In this document: piece by piece, positions 63,640 through 64,000 of the stretch
How positions within the stretch are numbered: position 1 is the first letter of the stretch
How the letters are laid out: each line of letters starts with the position of its first letter
The notes under the pieces: model-generated
Database searches by the model: none
What the model was told of the DNA's origin: nothing
The model's input: the letters and a program-made list of their open reading frames with translations, nothing else
Source: Neoechinorhynchus agilis
Lineage: Eukaryota > Animalia > Acanthocephala
Assembly (NCBI GenBank): GCA_051530055.1
Contig: CM121341.1
Span: 434,001-498,000, forward strand
DNA length: 64,000 nucleotides
Direction: 5' to 3'
Position numbers and translations under genes: made by a program

Positions 63640-64000
63640 AATATGCGCAGGGGTTGCGGGTCCTCATCCCCTGTTCTTTTATGAATGGAAAGCAATATAA
63701 TAAATCAAGATACGGCTAGGGCGTCCCCTCCCGTAAGCGACCCGGTACATCATCCCCAGGTTTAGAAGCTATAAACTAAAGAAACGTCATGTCCCACTTA
63801 AGATCACAGCGAGAAATATCCGAACTCTTCTAGACAAGGGCACGGAACGTCCATCCCAAAGAGCTGTTCTTAACAGAAAAGCGGCGGTAAAATCCAAGAT
63901 TCCGACTCTGGATACACTTTCTTTTGGGAAGGAGAAAGAAGAGTTGAAAATTCGCCGCCAAAACGAAACTTGTTGAGGATCACAGTCTGCATCTTTTCAA
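63640..64000 (+). mobile_element. 5' end of an RTE-like element (UTR and start of APE domain), cut off by the window end
   Basis: LKITARNIRTLLDKGTERPSQRAVL and DSGYTF resemble the RTE/BovB endonuclease N-terminus. Confidence 0.6.

Overview
Eukaryotic, AT-rich, gene-dense genomic DNA with very short spliceosomal introns (mostly about 30-60 nt) and the standard genetic code. The gene and retroelement content suggests an invertebrate animal, but the taxon cannot be fixed from this window. The first 26.5 kb hold four unrelated tandem arrays (units of about 245, 142, 127 and 373 bp, about 16 kb in total) packed among housekeeping genes (V-ATPase A, BUD23, small Tim). One array is fused to the last recognisable V-ATPase exon. 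The remainder holds an SLC7 transporter, a divergent cullin-like gene, an inositol 5-phosphatase, NSUN2, a decayed ABCC gene and many decayed non-LTR retroelements (CRE-like, Penelope-like, RTE, and an APE/CCHC LINE), plus fold-back MITE-like elements and a near-perfect 1,590-bp inverted duplication. The best-supported unusual RNA element is a minimal hammerhead ribozyme at a Penelope 3' end (42449-42487). Hammerhead-core-like motifs also occur in two satellite monomers, raising an untested retrozyme-like hypothesis. All alignments and folds were done by eye; many retroelement boundaries are approximate.
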